In this document: positions 49,073-58,623 of the stretch, one piece after another
Numbering within the stretch: position 1 is the stretch's first letter
Layout: each line of letters begins with the position of its first letter
NCBI GenBank assembly: GCA_963719995.1
Contig: CAVRDW010000003.1
Coordinates: forward strand, 90,876 to 154,875
Length of the DNA stretch: 64,000 nucleotides
Source of the DNA: an uncultured beta proteobacterium
GTDB taxonomy: Bacteria > Pseudomonadota > Gammaproteobacteria > Burkholderiales > SG8-39
Direction of reading: 5' to 3'
Notes under the pieces: generated by a model
Databases searched by the model: none
Seen by the model: the letters and a program-made list of their open reading frames with translations, nothing else
What the model was told of the DNA's origin: nothing
Made by a program: the position numbers and the translations under genes

Positions 49073-50047
49073 ATGCTGCGGGTCGCCATTTGCGGGGCCG
49101 GCCACTGGGGAACGCGGCTGATCGAGTCGGTCCAGGGCAGGAGCGGCAAGATCCGTTTCGTCGCGGCGGTGACCCGCGATCCGGCCGCCCTCGCGCCGCT
49201 GGGGAAGCGCTTCGGCCTCGCCCTGACCGCGCGCTACGCGGACGTGCTGGCGGACCCCGCGATCGACGCGGTGGTGCTGGCGACGCCGCACTCCCGCCAC
49301 GCGGACGAGATCGCAGCGGCGGCGCAAGCCGGCAAGCACGTGTTCGTGGAGAAGCCCTTCACGCTGACGCGCGAGAGCGCGGAGCGCGCGATCGAGGCCT
49401 GCCGCGCGGCCGGCATCACGCTGCACGTCGGGTTCAACCGCCGCTACGCGCCGGCCTATGCCGACATGAAGCGCCGGATCGCGGCCGGCGAGATCGGCGC
49501 GTTGCGCCACCTCGAGGGCAATTTCTCCGGCCCGCCCAGCTATCAGACCGAGCCGGGCAACTGGCGCTCCAACCAGGTCGAGAGCCCGGGCGGCTCCATG
49601 ACCGCGCGCGGCTGCCATGTGCTCGACGGCATGGTGCATCTGGCCGGGCTCGCGACCGAGGTCTTCGCCGTGAGCGAGCGGCAGCAGCACGACATCGATG
49701 TCGACGACACGACCTCGTGCCTGCTGCGCTTTGCGGGCGGCGCGACCGGCACCCTGGCGACGCTGCACGCGGCGACCCGCTTCTACCGCATCCATGCGTT
49801 CGGATCGAAGGGCGCCCTGGAGCTGCGCGGCGATACCGAGCTCGACGTTTTCGATCTCGAAGGCAACGTCCGGCGCGTGGCCTTCGAGGCGATCGACAAG
49901 GAGCGCGCGGAGCTGGAGGCCTTCGCCGACGCCGTGGCGGGCAAGGTGAAATTCGTGATCGCGCCGGAGGAGATCGTCAACGTGGTGGCGGGGACCGAGG
50001 CGGTGGCGGCCTCGGCGCGCAGCGGCAAGGCGGTCGCGATCGGTTGA
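49073..50047 (+). CDS. Gfo/Idh/MocA family oxidoreductase
   Basis: GAGHWG, ATPHSRH, GKHVFVEKP and GFNRR. Confidence 0.92.
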   Translation: MLRVAICGAGHWGTRLIESVQGRSGKIRFVAAVTRDPAALAPLGKRFGLALTARYADVLADPAIDAVVLATPHSRHADEIAAAAQAGKHVFVEKPFTLTRESAERAIEACRAAGITLHVGFNRRYAPAYADMKRRIAAGEIGALRHLEGNFSGPPSYQTEPGNWRSNQVESPGGSMTARGCHVLDGMVHLAGLATEVFAVSERQQHDIDVDDTTSCLLRFAGGATGTLATLHAATRFYRIHAFGSKGALELRGDTELDVFDLEGNVRRVAFEAIDKERAELEAFADAVAGKVKFVIAPEEIVNVVAGTEAVAASARSGKAVAIG

Positions 50048-50129
50048 GTGCGGCCGCCGCAAGGTCATGCGCGCGGACTTCGGCGCACACGTCGGCCGCA
50101 GGCGCTTCCGGTTCGTCTGGCGCTGCGGC

Positions 50130-50312
50130 CTAGAGCGCCCTGGTGAGGTAGTCAAGCGCGTCGCCTTGCGCCCGCTCGATCTCCAGTCGATAGCCGGAGC
50201 TGAGGGCAGGCCACTCCTCGGGGCGCGCGGTGTTGCGCAGATCCTCGAGCAGGCGCTCGAGCTTCGACGCTCGCTCCCGGGCAACGGCCAGTTCCTGATC
50301 GCTGTGGATCAT
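50130..50312 (-). CDS. 60-aa helical hypothetical protein coupled to the DUF5131 gene
   Basis: ATGA overlap with the stop of 50309..51034; [22 protein letters not shown]...YLTRAL. Confidence 0.55.
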   Translation of the reverse strand: MIHSDQELAVARERASKLERLLEDLRNTARPEEWPALSSGYRLEIERAQGDALDYLTRAL

Positions 50313-51034
50313 GCGGCGGGCTGTGACGCAGCCGGCATCTCGTTGAACGTGCGGCCGTGCAGCTTGCGGCCGGTGAGGTCCTTGCGCACGCCGCCCCACT
50401 GCTTGAAGAAGAAGGGCACGCCGGCACTGCGACATTGCCTGTAGATCGAATCCACCCACTCATCGCGCATGGGGCGCGCGCGCGGGCCGGATTCGCCGCC
50501 AACGATCACCCAGTGGACGTCCTCGAGCGGCAACTCGTTCAAGGGCCCAATCAGCGGTTCCAACGACAGAAAGCGCACTGCGGCCGGCACGCTGCGCAGA
50601 TCATGGATGCGGGATATCACGCGCGCGTCCTCGACGCTGACGCCCATCCAGACGTTCCGAGGCCAGGGAAGCTGCGCCGCAACCTCTGCCAGTCGTTCAC
50701 TACGCTTGGTCAGCACCTGGAACGTGTGCTGGGGGCAGTCACACATCGTCGCGAAGACACGCCGGATGTACTCCAGCGGAATTTCTTCATGAAAGAGATC
50801 GCTCATCGAATTGACGAACACCACCCGCGGCTGCCGCCAGCGCCGCGGTACATCGAGGAGGTCCGGATGCAGCGTAACCTTGAATCCATTGCGGTAGCGG
50901 TCGCTGCCCATGGCGGTGAGGCGCTTCGCCATGCGCTCGGCGTAGCAGCGCTTGCATCCCTGGCTGACCTTGGTGCACCCGGTGACGGGGTTCCAGGTCA
51001 TCTCGGTCCATTCGATGCTCGAGCGCGTCGGCAT
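50309..51034 (-). CDS. Phage Gp37/Gp68-family (DUF5131) radical-SAM-like protein
   Basis: [25 protein letters not shown] (Cx6Cx2C), [25 protein letters not shown] and FFFKQWGG. Confidence 0.9.
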   Translation of the reverse strand: MPTRSSIEWTEMTWNPVTGCTKVSQGCKRCYAERMAKRLTAMGSDRYRNGFKVTLHPDLLDVPRRWRQPRVVFVNSMSDLFHEEIPLEYIRRVFATMCDCPQHTFQVLTKRSERLAEVAAQLPWPRNVWMGVSVEDARVISRIHDLRSVPAAVRFLSLEPLIGPLNELPLEDVHWVIVGGESGPRARPMRDEWVDSIYRQCRSAGVPFFFKQWGGVRKDLTGRKLHGRTFNEMPAASQPAA

Positions 51035-51062
51035 GTTGGGCGGGAAGTATAACTTCCAGTAC

Positions 51063-51944
51063 TCAGACTCGAGTGAGGTGGGCGGCGATCTTCACCGCAG
51101 TGGGCGCGCCCTTGGGATTCCCGGCGGCGAAGCATAGCGCGTACATGGGCGTGTGCTTCGCGTTCTCGAGGATCAACGGGTGCTCGACGACGCCGGCAAA
51201 CACCGAGCGCAGGCGCTCGATGAAGTACTCGAGAATCTTATCCGCCCCGGCAATCCTCACGATCGACGCCTGGTCACCGAACAGGTCCCCGCTGGCGCTC
51301 TGCCCATAGAAGCGCGATTTCCATTCATCCGTGCCAAAGATGGCGGTGAGCTTTCTTGCCCAAAGACCGTCGGGCGGATAGTCCTTCGGCATCATGCGGC
51401 CCGCGCCGATGGCAAATGGAAACAACACCCAGAGGTCGATGGCCTTCGTTCTCGCGATGGCCTCGATGGTTGCCCATTCCACGTTCATGCCGTAGGGGTC
51501 GAGGAACACCACGGCGCGCTGGCCGCGCCAGTCCTGTCTGGCGCACCAATCCTGTAGCCACCGATTTGCGTCTTCCTCGTGCACAGTGCAACGGTCAACA
51601 AGCGCGGGGAATTGATCGCGCAGCATTTGCCGCAGCGCGTTCGCATGCTTGGGCTTGCGCTCGATGAAGATGTACTCGTGGAACTTGCTCTCGAGCGAGA
51701 GCGCCTTGTGGACACTGCCCTCTCGATAGCCGCGTGCCTCCTCGTCATAGCCGAAGAGGCTCGATCCGGCGTCTTGCACTTCCGAGTCACGCTCCCCCGT
51801 GCCGGCAAACGCGTCCACGTAGATCGTCCTCAACTTGGCGGCGGCAGGGTTCTTGCTGAAGATCAAGCGGTATTGGACGAGATAGTCGCGCAGCGCCTCG
51901 AGCTTGCGCTCGGTCCAGGACCCGCCGAATCGGTGCTCCACCAT
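51063..51944 (-). CDS. tcmP: Three-Cys-motif partner protein (SAM-dependent methyltransferase fold)
   Basis: [22 protein letters not shown] and Y.L.FA; adjacent to DUF5131. Confidence 0.85.
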   Translation of the reverse strand: MVEHRFGGSWTERKLEALRDYLVQYRLIFSKNPAAAKLRTIYVDAFAGTGERDSEVQDAGSSLFGYDEEARGYREGSVHKALSLESKFHEYIFIERKPKHANALRQMLRDQFPALVDRCTVHEEDANRWLQDWCARQDWRGQRAVVFLDPYGMNVEWATIEAIARTKAIDLWVLFPFAIGAGRMMPKDYPPDGLWARKLTAIFGTDEWKSRFYGQSASGDLFGDQASIVRIAGADKILEYFIERLRSVFAGVVEHPLILENAKHTPMYALCFAAGNPKGAPTAVKIAAHLTRV

Positions 51945-51987
51945 GTGCTCTCCCACCGCGCCAGCGCGGTCTGACAGGCCACGCAGC

Positions 51988-52025
51988 ATATGTATAAACG
52001 TACAGTAGTAGTGGCGGGTTGACAA
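51988..52025 (-). promoter_or_regulatory. sigma70 promoter (TTGTCA-17bp-TACGTT) overlapped by a LexA/SOS-box-like site TACTGT-ACGTTTAT-ACAT
   Basis: Minus strand -35 at 52025-52020 and -10 at 52002-51997. CTGT-N8-ACAT at 52005-51990 has one mismatch to CTGT-N8-ACAG. Confidence 0.65.
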
Positions 52026-52115
52026 CACCCGGCCTGGCACCGGGCATGCCTGAGTCGACGTGCCCCAGCAGCAGCCCCGCGGCCTCGTCAGGGCATAGAC
52101 ACCGCAGCCGTCCGC

Positions 52116-52947
52116 TCAGGCCGCCACGCCGAACGGCGACGGAATCTCGAAGAACTCGCCGCGCAGCATGACCGAGGGCGGGATGCCGAAGATCTGGTAG
52201 AAGGTGCGCGTCAGGTGCGCCGCGTCCGCGAAGTCGCCCTCGTGCGCGGCCGCGGCGATCGTGCTCTGCTTGCCGATGGCGAGCATCGCCCGCGTCACCT
52301 TGCGCCATAGCATGTAGCGGCGAAAGGGCAGGCCGACCTCTTCCTTGAAGAGGTGCGCGAAGCGCCCGGGGGACAGGTGGACGCGCTCCGCCGCGGCTTC
52401 GAGCGAGATCCTCAAGTCGTCGGACTCCCGGATCGCCGCGAGCACGGAAGCGATGCGCTCGTCGAGGCGCCGGGAGGGCGGCACCCCGGCGCAGAGCGCG
52501 CGCACGCAGTGGCGGATCAGGTCGCCCACCTCCATGGCTTCCAGCGGCCGCTCGAGGAACGCGCGCAGCTCGGCGAGGCAGGGTTCCAGCCTCGCATCCG
52601 GCACGAGGGTGATGGGCTGGGCGAGGCTGGCCTGCAGCCAGGCGCCTTCGCTCGATTCGGGGTCCACGAAGAGCATCGCACCGGCCGTCTCGTTGCCCGT
52701 GGAAGGAATGCTCCACATCCGGGCGCACGATCGCGCCACGTGCTTCGCGCCACGTCTCGCCCGCCTGCCTGATCCCCATCCTGCCCTCGATGGCGATGAC
52801 GATCTGAATCGCGTGGTGGGCGTGGGTGGGGACTTCGCCGCCGGCTTGCCCGATCGCGAAGAACCCGCCCTCCCACAGGTACCAGCGCGGGCCCCCCTGC
52901 TCGCCCGGGTAAAAGCGCGCGGCAGCAGGTTTGTTCAAGTCCGCCAT
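52116..52947 (-). CDS. AraC family transcriptional regulator (frameshift ~52700)
   Basis: HAHHAIQI cupin N-domain; LSPGRFAHLF and FADAAHLTRTF..IFGIPPS. Confidence 0.87.
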
Positions 52948-53064
52948 GCGCATCGTCCAAGAAAACGGTCCGGCCCGTTCAATACGCGCGAACCGCCGAT
53001 CCTCATAGTTGCGCCTGCAGTGCGCGGACTGGCCGCGCACCCAACGAAAGCCAACGGAGGAATC

Positions 53065-53541
53065 ATGAAGAACCTGGCAAGCAAGCCCCGCAGCGCGCCC
53101 CGGCGCGCCGCGCTCATCGCCGCCATCGCCATCCTTGCCGCCGGTACATCGGCCTGCAGCCTGCTCTCGGTGGTCGGCATCGGCGCCCAGCGCCCCGCCG
53201 AAACGGAATTCGGCCTCGGACCGCGCATCTCGGCCAACCAGAAGTACACGGCGACGCTGCAGCCCCGCGAGCCGCTGCGCCTGCGCCGGCTGCAGACGGT
53301 GCCGGTGCTGATCACCGACGCCGCCGGGCGCCCGGTCGAGCATGCGTCCTTCACGGTCGATGGCGGCATGCCGGAGCACCTGCACGGCCTGCCCACGCAG
53401 CCCCGCATCGGCCGGTCGCTCGGCGGCGGCGTGTACGAGATCGACGGCGTGCGCTTCAGCATGGGCGGGTGGTGGGAGTTCAAGCTCGCCATCGAGTCGC
53501 CCGCCGGCGCCGACTCCGTGACGTTCAACCTCAGCCTGTGA
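53065..53541 (+). CDS. YtkA/FixH-like exported (lipo)protein
   Basis: GGAGG RBS, lipobox-like TSAC, MPEHLHGLPT.P and F.M.GWWE. Confidence 0.72.
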   Translation: MKNLASKPRSAPRRAALIAAIAILAAGTSACSLLSVVGIGAQRPAETEFGLGPRISANQKYTATLQPREPLRLRRLQTVPVLITDAAGRPVEHASFTVDGGMPEHLHGLPTQPRIGRSLGGGVYEIDGVRFSMGGWWEFKLAIESPAGADSVTFNLSL

Positions 53542-53552
53542 CGGGCGGCGCC

Positions 53553-54804
53553 ATGATACGTCAAAGCGCAATCTGCCTCGCCGGCGCGGTCCTCGTTTCG
53601 GCGGCGGCCCATGCGGGTCCTGCCGGCGAGCCGGGCTCGGAGCACCACGCGTTCCACGAGGCGCTGTCGCTCTCGATCGACGGCCTCGAAGCGCTGCCGC
53701 GCGATCCGAGCAACCGGTGGGCCGACGATCCCGCCGCCGCCGAGCTCGGGCACCGGCTCTTCTTCGACAAGCGGCTGAGCGCGAACGGAAAGGTTTCCTG
53801 CGCGACGTGCCACGAGCCGAGCCGGGAGTTCCAGGACGGCATCCCCCTCGCCAAGGGCGTGGGGACGACCGACCGCCGCACCATGCCGGTCGCGGGCACG
53901 GCTTACAGCCCGTTCCTCTTCTGGGACGGGCGCAAGGACAGCCAGTGGGCGCAGGCGCTCGGGCCGCTGGAGAGCCCGGTCGAGCACGGCGGCAGCCGCG
54001 CGCAGTACGCGCACGTCATCGCCACCCACTACCGCGCCGAGTACGAGCGCGTCTTCGGCGCCATGCCGGACCTGCGCGGCGTGCCGGCCGCCGCCGGACC
54101 TGTCGCCGATCCGGCGGCAAGCGCGGCGTGGAAGCGGATGCTTCCCCTCCAGCGCGACGCGGTGACGCAGGTGTTCGCCAACGCAGGCAAGGCGATCGCC
54201 GCCTACGAGCGACGCATCCAGTTCGGCCCGTCCCGGTTCGACCGGTTCGCCGCCGAGTGGAAGCGCACCGGGAAGCAGCCCGCAGAGATCCTGAACGCCG
54301 AAGAGCGCGCGGGCTTCGCGCTCTTCGTCGGGAAGGCCAACTGCACGGAGTGCCACAACGGGCCGCTCTTCACCAACAACGAGTTCCACAACACGGGCGT
54401 GCCGCGCCGCGCCGGCTTGCCGGACGATCGCGGGCGCCTGCCCTGCCGTGGCGGGGGTCAAGTCCGACGAGTTCAACTGCCGCAGCCGCTGGAGCGATGC
54501 GCGGCCGGAGGAATGCCGGGAGCTCGATTTCCTGGCGCCGGCGTCCGCGGCGCAGGAGCGGGCCTTCAAGGTGCCCTCCTTGCGCAACGTGGCGGAGCGC
54601 GCGCCGTACATGCACGCCGGGCAGTTCGCCACGCTGGCGGAAGTGCTCGAGCACTACAACCGGGCGCCCGCCGCGCCGGCCGGCCGCTCGGAGCTGCGGC
54701 CGCTGCGCCTCAGTGCTGCCGAGCTGCGCCAGCTCGAAGCCTTCCTGCGCACGCTGAGCGGCGGAATCTCCGCGCCGGCGAAGTTCTTGCAGGGCCGGTC
54801 ATGA
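53553..54804 (+). CDS. MauG/bCcP-family di-heme cytochrome c peroxidase (frameshift ~54440)
   Basis: Signal peptide, LG..LFFD.RLS.NG.VSCATCH, FWDGR, NCTECH and FKVPSLRNVA...PYMHAG. Confidence 0.87.
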
Positions 54805-55913
54805 GCAAGCTCGACTACGAGACCATCGTCGTAGGGGCCGGCCAGGCCGGCCTCGCGGCGGGCTACTACCTCGCGCGCGCGGGGCTCGATTTCGCGATGC
54901 TCGATGCGAACGAGGAGATCGGCGCTGCGTGGGATCGCCGCTGGGAATCGCTGCGGCTGTTCACGCCGGCGCGCTACGATGCCTTGCCCGGCTTGAAGTT
55001 TCCCGGCGAGCCGTACGCGCTGCCCGGCAAATCCGATGTCGCCGCCTATCTCAGGCTCTACGCGCGCACCTTCTCCTTGCCGGTGCAGCGCGGGGTCACG
55101 GTAACGGCGCTTCATCGGCGCGCGGGCGGCTTCGCCGCGACCACGAGCGATGGAAGGTCGCTCACCGCCGCTTCGATCATCGTGGCGACCGGCGCCAACC
55201 AGCGTCCGCACATCCCGGCGTTCGCCTCGTCCCTCTCGCCGGCGATCCTCCAGATGCACTCCAGCGAATACCGCAAGCCCGCGCAGCTGCCCGAGGGAAA
55301 GGTGCTGGTCGTCGGCGCGGGGAACTCGGGCGCCCAGATCGCGCTCGAGCTGGCTGCCGCCGGTCGCAGCGTGCTCCTTGCGGGACGCGACACGGGCTCG
55401 CTGCCCCGCCGCCTGCTGGGCAGGGACATCTACGATTGGCTGTGGCCGACGCTCATGCGGCCTTCCGTGGATTCGGCCCTCGGCCGCCGGCTGATGAACG
55501 GGCGCCTCTTTGCCGGCGATCCCCTGATCGGCATGGCGCCGCGGGCGCTCGAGCGCCCGGGCCTGTTGCGCGTGGGCAGGGCCTTGTCCGCGCAGGACGG
55601 CTTTCCTTTGCTCGAAGGCTACGGCGCTGCTCGCGACATCCGCGCCATCGTGTGGTGCACCGGCTTTCGGCCCGACTTCGGCTGGATCGAGCTGCCCGTG
55701 CTGGGCCTGGGCGGACAACCCATGCATCGCCGGGGCATCGCGACCGGCATTCCGGGGCTCGCATTCGTCGGCATGCGGTTCCAGTACCGCATGGGCTCGG
55801 CGCTGCTCGGCGGCGTGGGCGAGGACGCCAAGCACGTAGTCGAGCACATCGCTGCGTACGTACGCGCGGATCAGCCGGTGCCGCGCACAAACAGGCGTGT
55901 CCGGCTTGCGTAG
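54801..55913 (+). CDS. Flavin-containing monooxygenase (CzcO/ArsO-like)
   Basis: GAGQAG, WESLRLFTP, HSSEYR, GAGNSG and WCTGF. Confidence 0.88.
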   Translation: MSKLDYETIVVGAGQAGLAAGYYLARAGLDFAMLDANEEIGAAWDRRWESLRLFTPARYDALPGLKFPGEPYALPGKSDVAAYLRLYARTFSLPVQRGVTVTALHRRAGGFAATTSDGRSLTAASIIVATGANQRPHIPAFASSLSPAILQMHSSEYRKPAQLPEGKVLVVGAGNSGAQIALELAAAGRSVLLAGRDTGSLPRRLLGRDIYDWLWPTLMRPSVDSALGRRLMNGRLFAGDPLIGMAPRALERPGLLRVGRALSAQDGFPLLEGYGAARDIRAIVWCTGFRPDFGWIELPVLGLGGQPMHRRGIATGIPGLAFVGMRFQYRMGSALLGGVGEDAKHVVEHIAAYVRADQPVPRTNRRVRLA

Positions 55914-55923
55914 CGCTCAGGGC

Positions 55924-55969
55924 TTGACGGCGTCCCAATATGGGATAGATACTTCCCTTTATGGGAAGT
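55924..55969 (+). promoter_or_regulatory. Promoter with two TCCC-N5-GGGA palindromic operators; probably a leaderless mRNA
   Basis: TTGACG (55924) and GATACT (55948). Palindromes TCCCAATATGGGA (55933-55945) and ACTTCCCTTTATGGGAAGT (55951-55969, covering the ATG). Confidence 0.6.
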
Positions 55970-56584
55970 CCACAGAAAGGCATTGCCGAGGCGCTCTTCA
56001 GCCGCACCCAACAGGCGGTGCTGGGACTGCTGTTCAGCGAGCCTGTGCGGCGCTTCTACCTGGGCGAGATCGTGCGCGCGGCCCGCAAGGGCACGGGCGC
56101 CGTGCATCGCGAGCTGGGTCGGCTTGCCGGTGCGGGTCTCGTCACGGTGAGCGAGGCGGGAGGTAGAAAGCTCTACCAGGCGAATCGCGCGTCGCTGGTG
56201 TTCGGCGAGCTGGCGGGGCTGATGGCGAAGCTCGCTGGCGGGGCGCTCGCGGTCCGTTCCCCCGTAGCGGCGTACGACGTCGCGCCCCAGCCCGCAGTCT
56301 CACATGCGAAGGTCGCGGCGCTTTGCCGCAAGTTCCACGTGCGCCGGCTGGGACTCTTCGGGTCGGCGGCGCGGGGCGAGCTCGCGCCGGACAGCGACAT
56401 CGACCTGCTGGTCGAGTTCGAGGCCGGCAAGGCGCCCTCGCTGTGGGCGGAGCCGGAGATGCGCGAGGCGTTCAGCGCCCTCTTCGGAGGCAGGCGCGTG
56501 GACCTCGTGCCGCCCGAAGTGCTGGAGAACCCGTACCGCAGGAAGAGCATCCTGCGCGACCTGAAGGTGCTCTATGAAGCCTGA
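55961..56584 (+). CDS. Winged-HTH fused to a minimal nucleotidyltransferase (MNT antitoxin)
   Basis: N-terminal ALFS...VLGLLF...EL..L..AGLV wHTH; C-terminal FGSAARGE...DSDIDLLVEF. Confidence 0.82.
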   Translation: MGSPQKGIAEALFSRTQQAVLGLLFSEPVRRFYLGEIVRAARKGTGAVHRELGRLAGAGLVTVSEAGGRKLYQANRASLVFGELAGLMAKLAGGALAVRSPVAAYDVAPQPAVSHAKVAALCRKFHVRRLGLFGSAARGELAPDSDIDLLVEFEAGKAPSLWAEPEMREAFSALFGGRRVDLVPPEVLENPYRRKSILRDLKVLYEA

Positions 56585-56918
56585 GGAGCGCGACGCCGCC
56601 TACGTGTGGGACATGCTCAAGGCGGCGCGCCTCGCGCGCGAGCTGCTCGAGGGCACGTCGCGCGCGGCCTACCTGCGCGACCGCATGCGCCAGCTCGCGC
56701 TCGAGCGGGCGCTCGAGCTGGTGGGCGAAGCCGCGCGGCGCGTGTCCGCGGCGTTCCAGTCCGCGCATCCTGAGATCGACTGGCGCAGCATCGTCGGGCA
56801 GCGCAATGTGCTTGCGCACGAGTACGGCGTGATCGACCAACAGCGGTTGTACCGGACGGGGAAAGAAAGCGTGCCTCGGCTGATCGCGGTCCTGGAGAAG
56901 ATTCTCGAGAGGCTTTGA
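56574..56918 (+). CDS. HEPN (DUF86/HepT-like) RNase toxin
   Basis: GEAA..VS, PEIDWR and RNVLAHEY (Rx4H motif); overlaps the MNT gene. Confidence 0.88.
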   Translation: MKPEERDAAYVWDMLKAARLARELLEGTSRAAYLRDRMRQLALERALELVGEAARRVSAAFQSAHPEIDWRSIVGQRNVLAHEYGVIDQQRLYRTGKESVPRLIAVLEKILERL

Positions 56919-57012
56919 CGCGGCGACTGGGTGCGGCAGTACTCGAAGGTAGTAAGAGGGGATTTCGGCGGCTGCGTGGGGGTGAAGCGGTTCGGACCAG
57001 GGTAGGAAGGAT

Positions 57013-57049
57013 GTGTCGCAAAACTCGGCCTTTTGCGACACGTTTTCTT
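57013..57049 (+). terminator. 11-bp stem-loop with a T-rich tail (terminator or IS-end remnant)
   Basis: GTGTCGCAAAA-ctcggcc-TTTTGCGACAC-GTTTTCTT. Confidence 0.5.
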
Positions 57050-57074
57050 GACGTGTCGCCGCCGGCGAGGCGGG

Positions 57075-57293
57075 TCAGGTGGCCTGCAGGCTGCGCGCGG
57101 TGTGCTCCAGGACCGCTTCGGCCTGGGCCCGGGCGACTCCGGGAAACCAGGTAAGGAACTGGTCGAGGGTCGCTCCGCCTTCGAGATTCTCGAAGAGGGC
57201 GCTCACCGGCACCCGCGTGCCGCGGAACACGCACGCCCCGCTGAGCTTCTCGGGACTGCGTTCGACCGCTTGGCAGGTCGTCCAGTCGAGCAT
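57075..57293 (-). CDS. DUF433-family protein
   Basis: P.KLSGA.VFRGTRVPV..LFENL..G......FP.V. Confidence 0.85.
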   Translation of the reverse strand: MLDWTTCQAVERSPEKLSGACVFRGTRVPVSALFENLEGGATLDQFLTWFPGVARAQAEAVLEHTARSLQAT

Positions 57294-57302
57294 GAAGGAA
57301 TT

Positions 57303-58493
57303 CTACGCCCGCCGCCCCGCCTGCGCCGCGAACCCATCGAGCAGCGACAGCACCGCGCCCAGCGCATAGACCGCCACGGCGAACAGCGCCACGGCGGCCA
57401 CGCCGAACCGGTCGGCCAGGGCGCCGGCCGCGAGCGGTCCGAGCAGTTGGCCGATGCCGAGCGCGGCCGTGGCGACGCTGAAGGCGAGCGCGTAGTCCTC
57501 GGCCGAGCAGCGCTCGCGCGCATAGGTGGTGACGATCGTCGGCGTGGAGGCGGTGCCCAGGCCCACGAGCAGCGCGCCCGCGAGCGCCGCGCCCGCCGCG
57601 TCGCTCCAGGAGACGAGGGCGCCGAGCGCGCCGGCGAGCAGCGCGGCCACCAGCGCGAAGCGGCGCCGCCGGTCGATGCGCAGCACCGCGAAGCTCAAGG
57701 CCGAGCCCGCGATCATCGCCGCGCCGAACGCGATCCACATGGCGCTCACCGCACCGAGCGGCGCGCCGATCGCCGCCAGCCGCGCGCCGGCGAAGGTCGA
57801 CCAGGCGATGTAGCCGGCGCCGAACATGAGATAGGCGCCGATGAGAAAGCTCCAGCGCGCGCGCAGGAACTGGCGCAGCCCGTGGCTGGTGTTGGGCGGC
57901 CGGCTCGGCGCCGGCGAGGCGCAGGCCGCGCGGCGGAAAGACGAGCGCGAGGAGCGCCGCCAGCACGGCGGACACGGCGAAGGCCGCGCGCCAGCCGTGC
58001 GCGCCCTCCACCAGCGGGCCCGCCGCGAGGCCGCTCAGCACGACGGCGAACCCCATGCCGGACCAGACGAGCGCGCTCGCCAGCGAGCGCGAGGCGGCCG
58101 GGACGGCGGCGAGCACGAGGACGAGGATCGCCACGATGCCGGCGCCGGCGCCCAGGCCCGTGCCGAGGCGGCCGAGCGCGAGGAGCGCTGGACCTACGGG
58201 CGCGGAGCCGGCGCGAGCGCGCACGCAAGCGCGCCCAGCGCCACCAGCGCGTGCGCGTAGCGCGAAAGGCGCGGCATGCCGAGCCGGCGCGCGAGCGTCG
58301 GGGCCGCGAGCGTCCCGGCGAGGTAGCCGAGCAGGTGCACCGCGTTCAGCGCGCCGCCGCCGAAGTAGTCGAGCGCGAGGTCGCGCTGCAGCGCCGGCAG
58401 CATGACGCCGTAGGTGAAGCGCGCGATGCCGACGTTGAGCGCGATGCCGAGCGCCGCCCAGGCGACGAGCGCAATGATGGACGGTGGCATCAT
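57303..58493 (-). CDS. YbfB/YjiJ-type MFS transporter (frameshifts ~58195 and ~57890)
   Basis: GIARFTYG..LPA, multiple TM segments and GQLLGPL.AG.LAD..G across three ORF pieces. Confidence 0.78.
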
Positions 58494-58534
58494 CGGGTCC
58501 TCATCGGAGCATACACATCTGGGTCGACGCAGAC
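58448..58534 (+). repeat. 87-bp imperfect direct repeat, left copy
   Basis: Matches 59621-59707 with 8 mismatches by manual alignment. Confidence 0.88.
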
Positions 58535-58623
58535 ATTCCGCTTGCGGCCGACGTGATCGCCAAGCGCGGGCACGCGCGCTGCGCGACCCCCTAGTCAGGG
58601 GGTCGGCAGGATTCTCCCTTTAC

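Noticed and set aside
53469-55913. Apparent 814-aa cytochrome c peroxidase-FMO fusion
   Set aside because: Caused by an indel near 54440. The peroxidase C-terminal motifs lie in ORF 54448..54804, ending at an ATGA overlap.
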